64,000 nt of DNA from Octopus sinensis (lineage: Eukaryota). Numbering within the stretch: position 1 is the stretch's first letter; the number at the start of each line of letters is the position of its first letter. Below, piece after piece: positions 48,746 through 61,143 of this stretch. The position numbers were made by a program, and so were the translations under genes. Below the pieces are notes generated by a model. It worked only from the letters and a program-made list of their open reading frames with translations, was not told the origin of the DNA and ran no database searches. Location of the stretch: positions 45,818,001 through 45,882,000 of the forward strand of contig NC_042998.1 of NCBI RefSeq assembly GCF_006345805.1, given 5' to 3'.

Positions 48746-49346
48746 TAGCATTATAACATCAGTTTATATTAAGACACTCGTAATTTCACTTTCGGGGCAT
48801 GCTACTAATTTTGAATCAAAGACTGCAAGCTAGAAGAAAAGTTCACAGCCGCAGATTAAGTGACTGAGTCTCACCTTTTTCGACTCAAACTTACCGAACT
48901 CATCTTTGTCATTCCCGTCCAAGGATTACAAGATAGTTATCAAGTATTCGTGAACTATTCTGCAGACTTCGTAGGCTTTATTCATTCACCGACAAAATTT
49001 AACCTCATACATTTTTGGACTATTTTTGCTCGTCATTTCAAATGTCTGTAAAATACTAGTAACAGAGAAAAAAAAAATCATCATAAGGAAAATTAATTTA
49101 CGAAGTATCGGCAATTAAGCTTATCATTCAACATTTACACCCTTTTAGACATAAATAAGGAAGTGGATCGTGGGAAAATGTCTTTTGGTTTAAAAACTGA
49201 AAAGAATCAATAGAGCGTGATATGACATTTCACTGAATAAAGGAAAATATATCTGAATGACTTTGAATATTTACACTGTTTGTTTGTTTGTTTCTGTCTC
49301 TACCGAACGTTTGCTTTAAAATGTGTGTGTGTGCGTGTGAGTTTGA

Positions 49347-49412
<66 letters not shown>

Positions 49413-49859
49413 CGTGTGTATGTATATATGTATGCATGCATATAGGTGTGTGTGTGTGGTGTGTGTGTGTGTGTGGTGTGTGTGTGTGTGTGTGTGTGTA
49501 TGTCTTTTGTATGGCTAATGATATACCCTTTTCGACTCTGGTACAAATTCCCTTTTATGATCCTTTGATATAATCACATTACCTGAGAAGGGTTGCTTTA
49601 ACTAATTCGAAGAAAACAGCAAATAAAAATAAATAAAAGATTTTTAAAAATTTTATGGTGGGAAAATGTTAGAAATTTGGCTTTCATGCTTTCTGAGTTG
49701 GGCAGGGTCATTAATGCCGTAAATAGAATGAAACTTAGAGGTGAAACTAGTTGAAGACCTGGCTCGCCATGTATTCACCGTGTTGTTCTATGAGCCATGC
49801 ATGATTTTTGATTAAGTACGAAGCTAATTCTGTGCCAGTACATTGTGTATGCTAAATTT

Positions 49860-50320
49860 AAGGTAGCAGTGAGCTGTCTAAGATAATAGCGAGTCGGACA
49901 AAATGCTTAACGGCATTTCTTCTGGCGAGCTGGCGGAAACGTTAGCACGCCGGGCAAAATGCTTAGCGGTATTTCATCTGCCGTTACGTTCTGAGTTCAA
50001 ATTCTGCTGAGGTCGACTTTGCCTTTCATCCTTTCGGGGTCGATTAAATAAGTACCAATTACGCACTGGGGTCGATATAGTCAACTTTATCCCCTTGTCT
50101 GTCCTTGTTTGTCCTCTCTGTGTTTAGCCCCTTGTGGGTAGTAAAGAAATAGGCATTTCTTCTAACGTTTGTGAGTTCAGCTCATACCAAGGTCAACTTT
50201 GCTTTTCATCCTTTTAGGGTCGATAAAAGAAATAGCAGTTAAACACAGGGGTCGATGTAACCGACAAAGCCCACCCCACTACAAAAAAATGGCTGGCCTT
50301 GTGTCAAAATTTGAAATTAT
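49860..50320 (+). mobile_element. Nested SINE family A-type copies
   Basis: Full copy 49921-50152 inserted into an older copy. Confidence 0.85.
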
Positions 50321-50879
50321 TATTTACGCTTAATTTATCGACCTCAGTATGGGAGAACCGAGAGAGACCAACAGCTAAAAAATATGACATTTGCTATTAT
50401 ATTGTGCTATTTCAGTCATCAACTGTTCTCACTGCTTCATTGATAATTTCTTAACATAGAAGACTTTACAGATCCTTAAGGGTGTGATATAGTCAGTAGA
50501 AATAATCCCACCGCACGACAAACACTTATTACATTTCATATGAGCAGAGGAAATCCACTTAAAATTCTTAAAATATATCACACTGTACAATGTATATCGT
50601 ATATATAAGTGTGTGCGTGTGCGTGTGTGTGGTGTGTGTGTGTGTGTGTGTGTGTGTAGTGGATTCGATCCTCAATCGCCAAATTTCACTTAACAGTACA
50701 ATGGACTTTTCCCTTAGAGAAACATTAAGTTGACAGCATTAAGTTGTCTTTGTCATTTGACCTCTGCTAACCTTTTTGTATGCGGTGGAGAGTAAAATTG
50801 ACAGAACAATAGACCTCCTAAAATACCCATTGTTTGGATAACGGTATGTCTCTCTTTCTCACGATCTTGCGATAATTAT

Positions 50880-53800
50880 ATATAAAGAAAATTCCCAAAC
50901 AAAAGTTAGTGATGCTTCGCTATATCTTGAACGTATAACGTCCCGGATTAAAATTAAAAATATCCCTCCTGAGGTGGAAATTGTGTGGATTGTGGCTACA
51001 CTCCATTATGAGAGGGAGGAAAATATAAACATTATACAGATATCCAGAGACGCCCCACAAAACTAGCGAAGACAAACTCTAGAGATCTTAGTCCAAGCCA
51101 CAATGATGGACCTGAAAAATCTACCAGAGAAAATTTTCTTTGGCGAAGACGTCATATTAACAGTGCACGTGGAGGGGAGGAAGCCCGGGTGCTTCAAATG
51201 TGGAAAGAAGGGGCACCTGGGATCAAAATGCTTCCCTCCACAGAAGGAGAAAGAGCAGGAAAAGGAACAGAGGAAAGTGTAGAGGAGGCGGCGCCCCATC
51301 CACGGAGGCTGTTACACAGAGGGCGGCTGTCGAACTGGAACCAAGATAAAAACCAGCCGAAGTGACACGGTCAGTAGAAGAAATGGACTTCGAGACAGTG
51401 TCGCGAAAAAGGCAAAAAAAAAAAAGCAATGGAGTCACGTAGCAAAAATGCGGCACCGAAAACCAAGGAGAGGAAAAAAAAAGCAACCAGGGGGTAAAAA
51501 AGAAGGAAAAGAAAAAAAAATCACTAAATGACGTCATAAAACATAATAAAAAGGAAATGACTATAGTAGTGTTTAAAAACACTAATAATTCAATGATGGG
51601 GATAATTAAACCCCACTTACAGAGCAACATATATTGGACAAGTAACGTTAAAAACCCCAAGAGGTTGCGAAAATCCCCCGTGAACTCTATGAGGATCACA
51701 AAAACAGATACACAAAAGAAATAATTGAACCAAAAGATATACCCAAGGTGTTTGACCCGCCGGAAGAACCCACCATAGAAGGGTTAAGTTCCAGTCTCAG
51801 TGGTACTGAGAACGATCCCCCTGGATTTAAGGTAAGTAGATTTCATTCTTTTCTCGTTTTTTTGACATGGTTGCACTACTTGTAGGCTGTCTGAATATGC
51901 GTGGCCTGAGTTCGATGTGGAAGCAAGCCTGTTTCCTCGATGACCTCAGGTCACATAAAATTGTTATTATGTTTGCTACAGAGACCAAGTTGGACAAGGT
52001 GCGGGCCTTCTCAAGCATCCTGAATGACTATGAGAAAATCATGTCTCCTAGTCGGACAGGTAGAGGGGGGCGTTGTGGTTCTGATCTGAAAAAGCTTGGC
52101 TCTGCAGACACGTGCAATCTTTGGAGACCTAGAAGGTAATTCGGTCCATCTGGATCTAACTTTCAGTGGTAAGACTTCCAGATTGACCGGCATTTACGTG
52201 CCTTGTACAGCAGGCAAACGGAATGAGTTCTATCGACACCTGGAGGGCATTTTCGTAACGTCATGTGATGTTAGGAGACTTTAACGCTTTTCTAGATGCA
52301 CGCCTAGATAACGTTGGCTCAACAGGTAGGAAAAGTAACTCACGCCTCACCGATCTGCTGAAGCGATTTAGGCTGGCAGATCGATACAGACTCGAGAATC
52401 TGAGCGCGACGGATCTCTCATGTCTTATATAGACAGGATAGTAGTGAATACTAGAAGTAGGTTCTCCTTTAGCTGTCCACAGTTTACTTATATATCCTAC
52501 ACGGATCACAAATTAGTGACGTGTAAGGTACATATAGATAAAGTCCATAGATAGGGATCTGGTTACTGGAAGTTGAACAAGACCCTATTGGCTTGCGAAA
52601 CATCCCGTAGCCAGATTAAGGAGTTAGTCATGAGGGCACTCACTGGCACTGTGTTGAATAAACGGTGGTGGGTTGCTCTCAAAAGAGCCATTCGACTTGA
52701 GTTTATTAGATTTAGCAAACGGTTAAGTCTAGAGCAGGCTAGAGTAGAAAGTTCTCTAGTTAAGGCGTTAGAAGAGGCGCTGAGAGTAGGCTCTGCACCC
52801 CAAGTTTTGGCAGCGAGATCGGCCTTAGACCGACACCTCAATGCCAAACACGAAGGTTGCAGGGTCTGGGCTAAAGTACGTGCACTGGGTCGCGTGAGTA
52901 TCAACATTGCCGGGTGGGCTCGTTCGGTAGAAACCCAACATGGTGTAGATGCTACGATAAGATCTGCGGTAAACGAACAAGGACAGGAGATCCAAGGACA
53001 AGAGGAAGAGATGTGTAAGGCCTTTCAGGAGCATTTCGCTGCATTGTTCGATGGGGACGCTGGACCATGGGGATGCTCTTCGGGATTTCTTGGCCGGCGC
53101 GGCCCGTGTCTCTCGGCATATGAGGCGGAGCGCTATGAAGGGCTGATCACAGCTGCGGAGGTCATAGGGAGCTTTCCGAGTGCCTCGGGAACAAATCACC
53201 GGGACTGGATGGTCTTCCTTAAGAATTTTATAAGAGTATGCCAGACATGTTCGGGAACATACTGGCCGGTGTATACGCGAACTGACAGAAGAACGGGAGA
53301 ATTCCCAAATCTGTGAGCCGGGGAGTAGTAACACTGATCAGGAAAGACCCAAGCTGGAACGAATCCTTTTCCACTTTTTTGTGGAATGGCAAACCACCAC
53401 TTGTGAGGGGCTCCATCTGCTGTCAGAAACCGTTAAAGGGTGGGTTAGGGATGCCTTGGCTGATGATGCACAAGTATGCGCTGAGGCTGAGGCATCTCTG
53501 ACTCTACCTGGATGGTGGACGTGTGTGGTCACCGCATGTCATGTTGTTCCTCCCACAATTGACGTCCCTGCGGGACGTAGGCACATGGATCACGCGGAGA
53601 CCGAAAGTGAGCGAATGACAGAGGGAGTGCAGACATGCACTCGCTCTGATCTCCCGAGCGAGCAATACCGGCAGCGGGGCTACCACTGCGGATTTTTATA
53701 GCGGGTTGGTAGAGCACATGTCCGATGACGTCCTGGGGGAGACTCTAGGCTTCGAATGAGACCAACTTGTCAACCTGTTCGGAAGAACATTCGGGCCGAG

Positions 53801-54596
53801 GTATCTGGACAACTTCCAGAAATCCCTAGCCTGATCGGCCGTGCCAGTTCGAGAGAGGTTGTCAAGGCATGGTGTTGGTACCCAACCCACATGTCCGAGG
53901 TGCGAGCGTGTCAGTGAAACTGTCAAGCATGCCTTCGTACATTGTGAGGAACTGAGGTGATTGATAACCTATGTCGAACAACTGGTGTCGGAAACGGAAA
54001 GAGTACGGTTATGGACTGAGTCTATCATTAAGATTGTACCGCTTCCCTCTTTTAACAAGGAAAAGGCAGCGTCATTTTTCTGCATAGTAGCCATACCGAA
54101 AGAGACAATATGGGTGACGCGTCGAAGGGGAATTGAGACAGGCAACTTTATCTCCGGATACGGGCTGGTTAGTTTTTTTTAATTACCACCTATCCAGGAA
54201 GATCAGTCTGGAGGAGATGTGCCTGTCTCAAAAAACGTTTGAGAAAAGATGGACAAATGTCGTAAGGAAGTAGAGAGTGAATAGGGCCGCGCTAGTGTAA
54301 CCAGTCTGGAAGGAAAAGAAGGAAAAAACGGAAGAAAAAAGAACGAAAAATTATCAATTATAAAGAGGGAAAAAAAACCGGCGGGTTGGTCACAAACCCG
54401 GAAAAAGCTATGTATTATCATTAATTTTTAATTTAATTTTCAATTCATTTTAATTCATTGATTCACCATTTCGACTTCACTATATTCGATTTTTACCCCG
54501 ACTAATTAATGTATAACCCCAGTCCCTAAATGTTTTTGTTTTGTCCTTGTGCTGTGTCCTCTATGTTAGTCATGTATTAGCAAATAAAGAAATCAT
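50880..54596 (+). mobile_element. Tx1/L1-like LINE: ORF1 (CCHC knuckle) + ORF2 (APE), RT core deleted, decayed
   Basis: ORF1 RIKIKNIPPE..GCFKCGKKGHLGSKC; ORF2 GCLNMRGL..ETKL, GSGYWKLN, GVVTLIRKDP fused directly to FLWNGKPPLV..GGLGMP; CPRCERVSETVKHAFVHC; 3' tail ending AATAAAGAAAT. Confidence 0.85.
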
Positions 54597-55659
54597 TTAG
54601 TGAGAACCTAATTGGCAAAAAGATGACAGAGAGACGACCACAGGCAAAATCCAATTAGTGAGATAATTCATCTGAGAGAAGGCTTACCAGTGAGAATGTC
54701 AACTATGATAGAGTGTTTTATCACAACACCACTGCTGTTTAAATGTCAGGCACCGTGAAGGTATCATTTTATCGACGCCCTTCATTTAACATTCACTCTA
54801 TCTTCCTCTAATTCCTAGTTGGGCAGTTAGCAGTTGACTAAACATAACCAGCAACATACAAGAGAAGATGATTCTATTGTTTTTATATGATATCCACACT
54901 TGTCCGTCGAGGCAAGACATTATAAAAATAGTAACGTAATCCTATTCTTAATAATATATTTTACTGACTATATTTTACATGCAGCGGCAATACACATAAG
55001 TTTTTAATGACAACAAGATTTCTTTTTAAGATATATACATTATTTATTTTACATATTTTACAATCATGTTTGATGTTGGAAGTTTGTAAGTGTTCGCATG
55101 TTTTTGTGTCTGTGTGTTCGTTAGGCGTAAAAAGGTACTGACCAGTGAATTGTCGATGGGATTTGATTCACAGTTAATGTTGTTGGTATCGGCTTGGCAA
55201 CAGGTAATAACAGATGGCTTAAGGTAGTTCTTAGAAGAAACTAGAACCCAAGAAACAGATAATTGATTTACCGTTTATGAGGTACATTGTCAGACTTCCA
55301 TATCAAGATATTGCGTGTCGCAGTGAGATTAATGAACCACTCGTTGTGTTTATCTTTCTCTTGATATGAATATACTTCCAGACATGTTACTGTAGCCGTT
55401 TTCTTCGTGGCGAGAATTTCACCTAACCGCTATAGTTGAATCTGTAGTGTCTCGTGTACAATTTAAATCTTCGATGTTTGTCGATTGGTTCTTGCTGCTT
55501 CTTCATTATATGTTCTGCTTGGTTATGTTTCTCTAGTTATAGATATCTTGTAACCGTTTTCTTCATGGTGATTTTTCACACTAACAGTATGAGAGGTATC
55601 TGTAACATCTTGTATTAATGGTGGTCGCTTGCTTCGAAACTGGAACTTGGTCGAGTATT

Positions 55660-55911
55660 CTCTGTGTGGTCAGAGACTTAGTTCTTAAAAGAACTAAAAG
55701 CCTAAGACGAGCTCTGTGTGGTCAGAGGTTCGCCCTGAGAAGGACTGGAAACCTAAGACGAGCTCTGTGTGTGGTCAGAGGTTCGCCCTGAGAAGGACTG
55801 GAAACCTCAGACGAGCTGTGTGGTCAGAGGTCTAGCTCTGAGAAGAACTAAAAACCTAAGACGAGCTCTGTGCGGTCAGAGGTTCGCCCTGAGAAGGACT
55901 GGAAACCTAAG
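55660..55911 (+). repeat. Five ~51-bp tandem repeats with two hairpins per unit (second array at ~57136-57387)
   Basis: Units start at 55660, 55712, 55763, 55816, 55866; constant CCTAAGACGAG-CTCTG-N6-CAGAG. Confidence 0.9.
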
Positions 55912-55987
55912 GCCCGTATTTTTCTGAGAAAACCTTGTTTTATAAGCTTCATCAGGCTCCCAGTGAACTTCAGAAATGGAAAGCTGT

Positions 55988-56089
55988 GATTGGCTGCTTG
56001 GAACTATGGCGCGAAAATAAGTCGAGACATTTTGCGCCAAGTTATAACCAGCGGTGCGAGCGTAGTAGAGACCAACGTGTCAGCCAATC
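55988..56089. promoter_or_regulatory. Inverted CCAAT boxes flanking inverted E2F-like sites (copy at ~57464-57565)
   Basis: GATTGGCTG 55988-96, TGGCGCGAAAA 56007-17, TTTTGCGCCA 56030-39, CAGCCAATC 56081-89. Confidence 0.4.
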
Positions 56090-57879
56090 GAATTAGTGTT
56101 TACAACAATGTTAAACTAGCCAAAGCTGTTTGTAATCTCGACCGAGGTCATTCTATATACTCTTCTCAAACAGTGAAGATAGCACTGAGAGACGATATTG
56201 CTACATATAGCCTCTTACCAGACGTTTTGTCTACGACAAAACGGCGATAAAATTGACATTATTATATATATATCTATTTTTTTTTATTTTTCTTAAAAAG
56301 TTCATCCTTCAGCGTTCTCTTGTGTCAATTCCGTAACTTATGTCTACCGTTGGCCGCGCAGTATATCAGAAGTCCTGCGTATTAAAGGGGTCACCAGTAT
56401 AAAAATAGGTACTGACCCGATTCTTAATAATATATTTTACTGACTATATTTTACATGCAGCGGCAATACACATAAGTTTTTAATGACAACAAGATTTCTT
56501 TTTAAGATATATACATTATTTATTTTACATATTTTACAATCATGTTTGATGTTGGAAGTTTGTAAGTGTTCGCATGTTTTTGTGTCTGTGTGTTCGTTAG
56601 GCGTAAAAAGGTACTGACCAGTGAATTGTCGATGGGATTTGATTCACAGTTAATGTTGTTGGTATCGGCTTGGCAACAGGTAATAACAGATGACTTAAGG
56701 TAGTTCTTAGAAGAAACTAGAACCCAAGAAACAGATAATTGATTTACCGTTTATGAGGTACACTGTCAGACTTCCATATCAAGATATTGCGTGTCGCAGT
56801 TGAGATTAATTGAACCACTCGTTGTGTTATCTTTCTCTTGATATGAATATACTTCCAGACATGTTACTGTAGCCGTTTTCTTCGTGGCGAGAATTTCACC
56901 TAACCGCTATAGTTGAATCTGTAGTTGTCTCGTGTACAATTTAAATCTTCGATGTTTGTCGATTGGTTCTTGCTGCTTCTTCATTATATGTTCTGCTTGG
57001 TTATGTTTCTCTAGTTATAGATATCTTGTAACCGTTTTCTTCATGGTGATTTTTCACACAACAGTATGAGAGGTATCTGTAACATCTTGTATTAATGGTG
57101 GTCGCTTGCTTCGAAACTGGAACTTGTCGAGTATTCTCTGTGTGGTCAGAGACTTAGTTCTTAAAAGAACTAAAAGCCTAAGACGAGCTCTGTGTGGTCA
57201 GAGGTTCGCCCTGAGAAGGACTGGAAACCTAAGACGAGCTCTGTGTGTGGTCAGAGGTTCGCCCTGAGAAGGACTGGAAACCTCAGACGAGCTGTGTGGT
57301 CAGAGGTCTAGCTCTGAGAAGAACTAAAAACCTAAGACGAGCTCTGTGCGGTCAGAGGTTCGCCCTGAGAAGGACTGGAAACCTAAGGCCCGTATTTTTC
57401 TGAGAAAACCTTGTTTTATAAGCTTCATCAGGCTCCCAGTGAACTTCAGAAATGGAAAGCTGTGATTGGCTGCTTGGAACTATGGCGCGAAAATAAGTCG
57501 AGACATTTTGCGCCAAGTTATAACCAGCGGTGCGAGCGTAGTAGAGACCAACGTGTCAGCCAATCGAATTAGTGTTTACAACAATGTTAAACTAGCCAAA
57601 GCTGTTTGTAATCTCGACCGAGGTCATTCTATATACTCTTCTCAAACAGTGAAGATAGCACTGAGAGACGATATTGCTACAACATTATACAAAGTAACGG
57701 TAAATAAATATTTTCTTAAACTTCGATCGCTGTCCTTCTTCCCTCTTGCATACTGGCAACCAATACCTTAACAACAACCGTTACATATAGGATGAAAATT
57801 AAACGGAGAAAGCGGATTATATTTAACCATTATCAACCCACTTAAAAAAGTAAAGAACAAAACCATTACGCCATATGCC

Positions 57880-58092
57880 CACAACAACAACAACGACGAC
57901 GACGACGATGACGACGACTACAACAGCAGCAACAACAACAACAACAACATCGAAAAATACCTTAGGAATGAGAATCCAGGTTCGAAATTTCCCCAAGACA
58001 TCTGATGAAGGCTGGAGGGTATATTAGCCGAAACGTTGTGTTAACAATAAACAAGATGATGACAAATATCCGTCGATTGTGAATAATGTAAA
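57880..58092 (+). mobile_element. (AAC/GAC)n-associated small element carrying a minimal HHR
   Basis: Trinucleotide tract followed by about 140 bp containing the CUGAUGA..GAAACGUU motif; resembles a Penelope-type terminus. Confidence 0.45.
57996..58042 (+). ncRNA. Minimal (Penelope-type) hammerhead ribozyme
   Basis: GACAU / CUGAUGA(58002-08) / A / GGCU..AGCC / GAAAC-GUU / GUGUU; palindromic AACGUU helix III. Confidence 0.65.
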
Positions 58093-58189
58093 CAAACCTG
58101 TTTATAACACTCTGTATGCAAATTAATCAACTTCAAAAACAGGGTGTTTACTCAATACAGGGTACAGTATTGCACAGTATTCCAGGATT

Positions 58190-58260
58190 TCTGGAAGCCG
58201 GATGCCTGGAAGCCGGATGTATGGAAGCCGGATGTCTGGAAGCTGGATAAGAAAGCCGGG
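58190..58260 (+). repeat. 15-bp minisatellite (CTGGAAGCCGGATGY) x~4
   Basis: Direct reading. Confidence 0.85.
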
Positions 58261-58502
58261 ACTGTATTTGTTTGTTCGAATTTCTGATAATAATTTCGCA
58301 TAGGTGTAACAATGAAATTTGCAAGCTACTTTTGAATTTCAGAATTAAGATAACTTGTAAACCTTAGGCAGGACGGTGGACTATATCCTAGTGGGGAGGG
58401 CATTATTATTAATTAACAACTATTGTAGACCAGGATGAAATTATGGACTCTTTCACGCCTGTGCCTGGGAGTAAATGTCCTCTTCTTGTTCCTCTTGCTT
58501 AG

Positions 58503-58710
58503 ACGGCGAGATGGCAGAATAGTTAGCACAGTGGACACAAAATTTAGCGACATTTCTTTTGGTTTTACGTTCTGAGTTCAAATTCCTACGTGGCCGACTT
58601 TGACTTTCATCCTTTTGGGATCGATTAATGAGTACCACTTGAGCACTGAGGTCAACGTAATCGATTAACCCTCTCCTTTAAAATTTCTGGCCTTGTGCTT
58701 ATAACAGAAT
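58503..58710 (+). mobile_element. SINE family A-type, diverged
   Basis: Degenerate head and core. Confidence 0.75.
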
Positions 58711-59339
58711 GAGAGAATATTTCTAAAAAAAAAAAAAAGGTAACTTTTCTAAAAAGTTCATCATGGCCAAAAAATCGACGATAAGAATATAATTTAGATC
58801 AGAAATTACTTCGTAATGTTTATGAATTTGTGTTGCAAGATTCCTGATGTGAAAACGTGTGTTGAAGTAGATATTGTATTTCAGGAAGGTCATCTATATA
58901 TTTATTTTTTGTCAAATAAACACACGCAATATATATTCGTTCTTCACTCATTTATTACTGTTCTTATTTTAACTCATGTCCATTGTCCGGAAATCTTTAG
59001 TCACACATCTGTGACCTCTTCAGTGGTACTTTCCGTCGTCGTCTATGCTCTTGCTCCGCTTAGTCCATTGTGGAAAATACAAGCAACGATGACATAAAGA
59101 TTACCATGTAGCAATGCATGCATGCACGCATTCACATACGTACGGACATACACACACACACACACACACACAAGCGTGCAAGATACGCGCGAGTGCGTAG
59201 GCACGCGAGCACATTGAAGTACGCGTATATGTTGAGAGAAATAGTTGAGAATCAACAAGAGGTAGGAAATCCAGTGGCAATACGTAGCAAAAACTTTAAA
59301 AATTAATCAACACTGAAAGAATCATACTATCCGAATTAC

Positions 59340-59550
59340 TCTTTTACTCGTTTCAGTCATTTGACTCTGGCCATGCTGGAGCATCACCTTTAGTCGAGCA
59401 AATCGACCCCAGGACTTATTCTTTGTAGGCCTAGTGCTTATTCTATCGGCCTCTTTTGCCGAACCGCTAAGTTACACCAGCATCGGATGTCAAACGATGT
59501 TAGGGGGACAGACACAGACACACAAACACACACACACACATACATATATA

Positions 59551-59610
<60 letters not shown>

Positions 59611-59772
59611 GACGGGCTTCTTTCAGTTTTCGTCTATCAAATCCACTCTCAAGGTTTTGGTCGGCCCGAGGCTATAGTAGAAGACACTTGCCCAAGGTGC
59701 CACGCAGTGGGACTGATCCCGGAACCGTGTAGTTCGTAAGCAAGCTACTTACCACACAGCCACTCCTACGCT
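59340..59772 (-). mobile_element. SINE family B, full length
   Basis: All blocks present. Confidence 0.9.
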
Positions 59773-59969
59773 TATAAATTGTTTGTTAATGAATGACAGT
59801 GTTACTATAACGAGTTATAAATAAATATTTTTTTTTTCTTTTCTGTTTTCATAGTAACGGGAAAAACTTAATTCTAAATTACACAACGAATTTTATACTC
59901 CGCAAGAACGATTTAAATAAGCGAATAAACAAACAATGCTAAATAAATTACTTTCTGCTCGGTATGTTG

Positions 59970-60202
59970 TGCGGCGAGCTGGCAGTAACGTTAGCACGCC
60001 GGGTGAAATGCTTAGCGGTATTTCGTCTGCCGTTACGTTGTGAATTCAAATTCCGCCGAGGTCAACTTTGCCTTTCATCCTTTCAGGGTCGATAAATTAA
60101 GCACCAGTTACGCACTGGGGTCGATGTAATCGACTTAATACCTATGTCTGTCCTTGTTTGTCCCCTCTATGTTTAGCCCCTTGTGGGTAATAAAGAAATA
60201 GG
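59970..60202 (+). mobile_element. SINE family A, full length
   Basis: Flanked by TSD-like GGTATGTTGTG (59961-59971 / 60201-60211). Confidence 0.9.
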
Positions 60203-60409
60203 TATGTTGTGCTCTTGAAATATTCTTCTTAAATTTATTCAAAGTGAAGCGACATGATCAATTACGAGCTATACTCTCGGGCTTCAGTATTTATAGTACG
60301 ATGAAAGCATTTCAAATATGGAAACAGTTGTTGGTTATTTGCAATATATGTCTTCGTACCACCTCATAGTTTGGAAATCGCGCCTCCACAGCAGTATCTT
60401 CTGCTATGG

Positions 60410-60660
60410 AGGCCCGTGTGGCTTAGTGGTTAGGTGTTGGACTCATGATTGTAAGAATGCAATTTCGATTCCTGGACCGGGTGACGCGTTGTGTTCTTGA
60501 ACAAACCACTTCATTTCACGTTGTTCCAGTTCACTCAGCTGGCAAAAATGAATAATCCTGCGACGGACCTGCGTCCCGTCCAGGTCAGGAATATATACGC
60601 CATGGAAACCGGGAAACCGGCCCTTACGAGTGTGTATGACTCGGAAGGAACTTTACTTTG
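60410..60660 (+). mobile_element. SINE family C-related copy
   Basis: TGGCTTAGTGGTTAGG A box, TTTCGATTCCT B box, GTTGTGTTCTTGAACAA core. Confidence 0.8.
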
Positions 60661-61063
60661 TCTTCTGCTTAGTCGTATTCTCGATATCATTTCAGCTGAA
60701 GCAAATTTTAAGTTGAGCCCTTGAAAAATCAGCAATATTCTGCGATATACCTTTCTCCATAATTTCCATAAAAGAAACAATATCAATTTCTTGCTAGATC
60801 AAATTTGCTTTTTATTTGACATACATATAAATATTATTTCTGCCGCAGAGAATTACGGAGATATACTTGCATAGTAAGTGACTTGATCTGAGATTGCGTG
60901 CTGAAACAAAAACAATTGCAGCGTGCAAGATGTCTGTAAACCATTCAAGCACACATAATTACCGTTGGTTTCCCTTCATCAGTAAAACTTCATTTGTGTC
61001 AAAATATTTTCGTCGCTTTGAAACCGCGACCTGTTCACTGACAAAACTTCACAAACGTGATGC

Positions 61064-61143
<80 letters not shown>

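Larger units (their letters stand above)
54944..57681 (+). repeat. 1262-bp direct duplication (54944-56205 and 56420-57681) with 214-bp unique spacer
   Basis: Offset 1476; differences seen are a few 1-bp indels and two substitutions. Confidence 0.95.

Noticed and set aside
55660-55911. CRISPR-like array (constant hairpin plus variable part)
   Set aside because: The variable parts recur as two related types rather than unique spacers; eukaryotic context; no cas genes.
55925-55960. CUGAUGA on the minus strand (also ~57424) as a hammerhead
   Set aside because: No stem I or stem III pairing after GAAA.
55990-56250. 86-aa and 101-aa ORFs (55990, 57466) as a duplicated gene
   Set aside because: Non-ATG start, no recognisable domain, and overlap with promoter-like motifs.
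54944-57681. TRIM/LTR retroelement interpretation of the duplication
   Set aside because: No TG...CA pair at both ends, and no PBS, PPT or TSD visible.
59000-59030. CUGAAGA plus a strong hairpin on the minus strand
   Set aside because: GAAA is missing and stem I does not pair.
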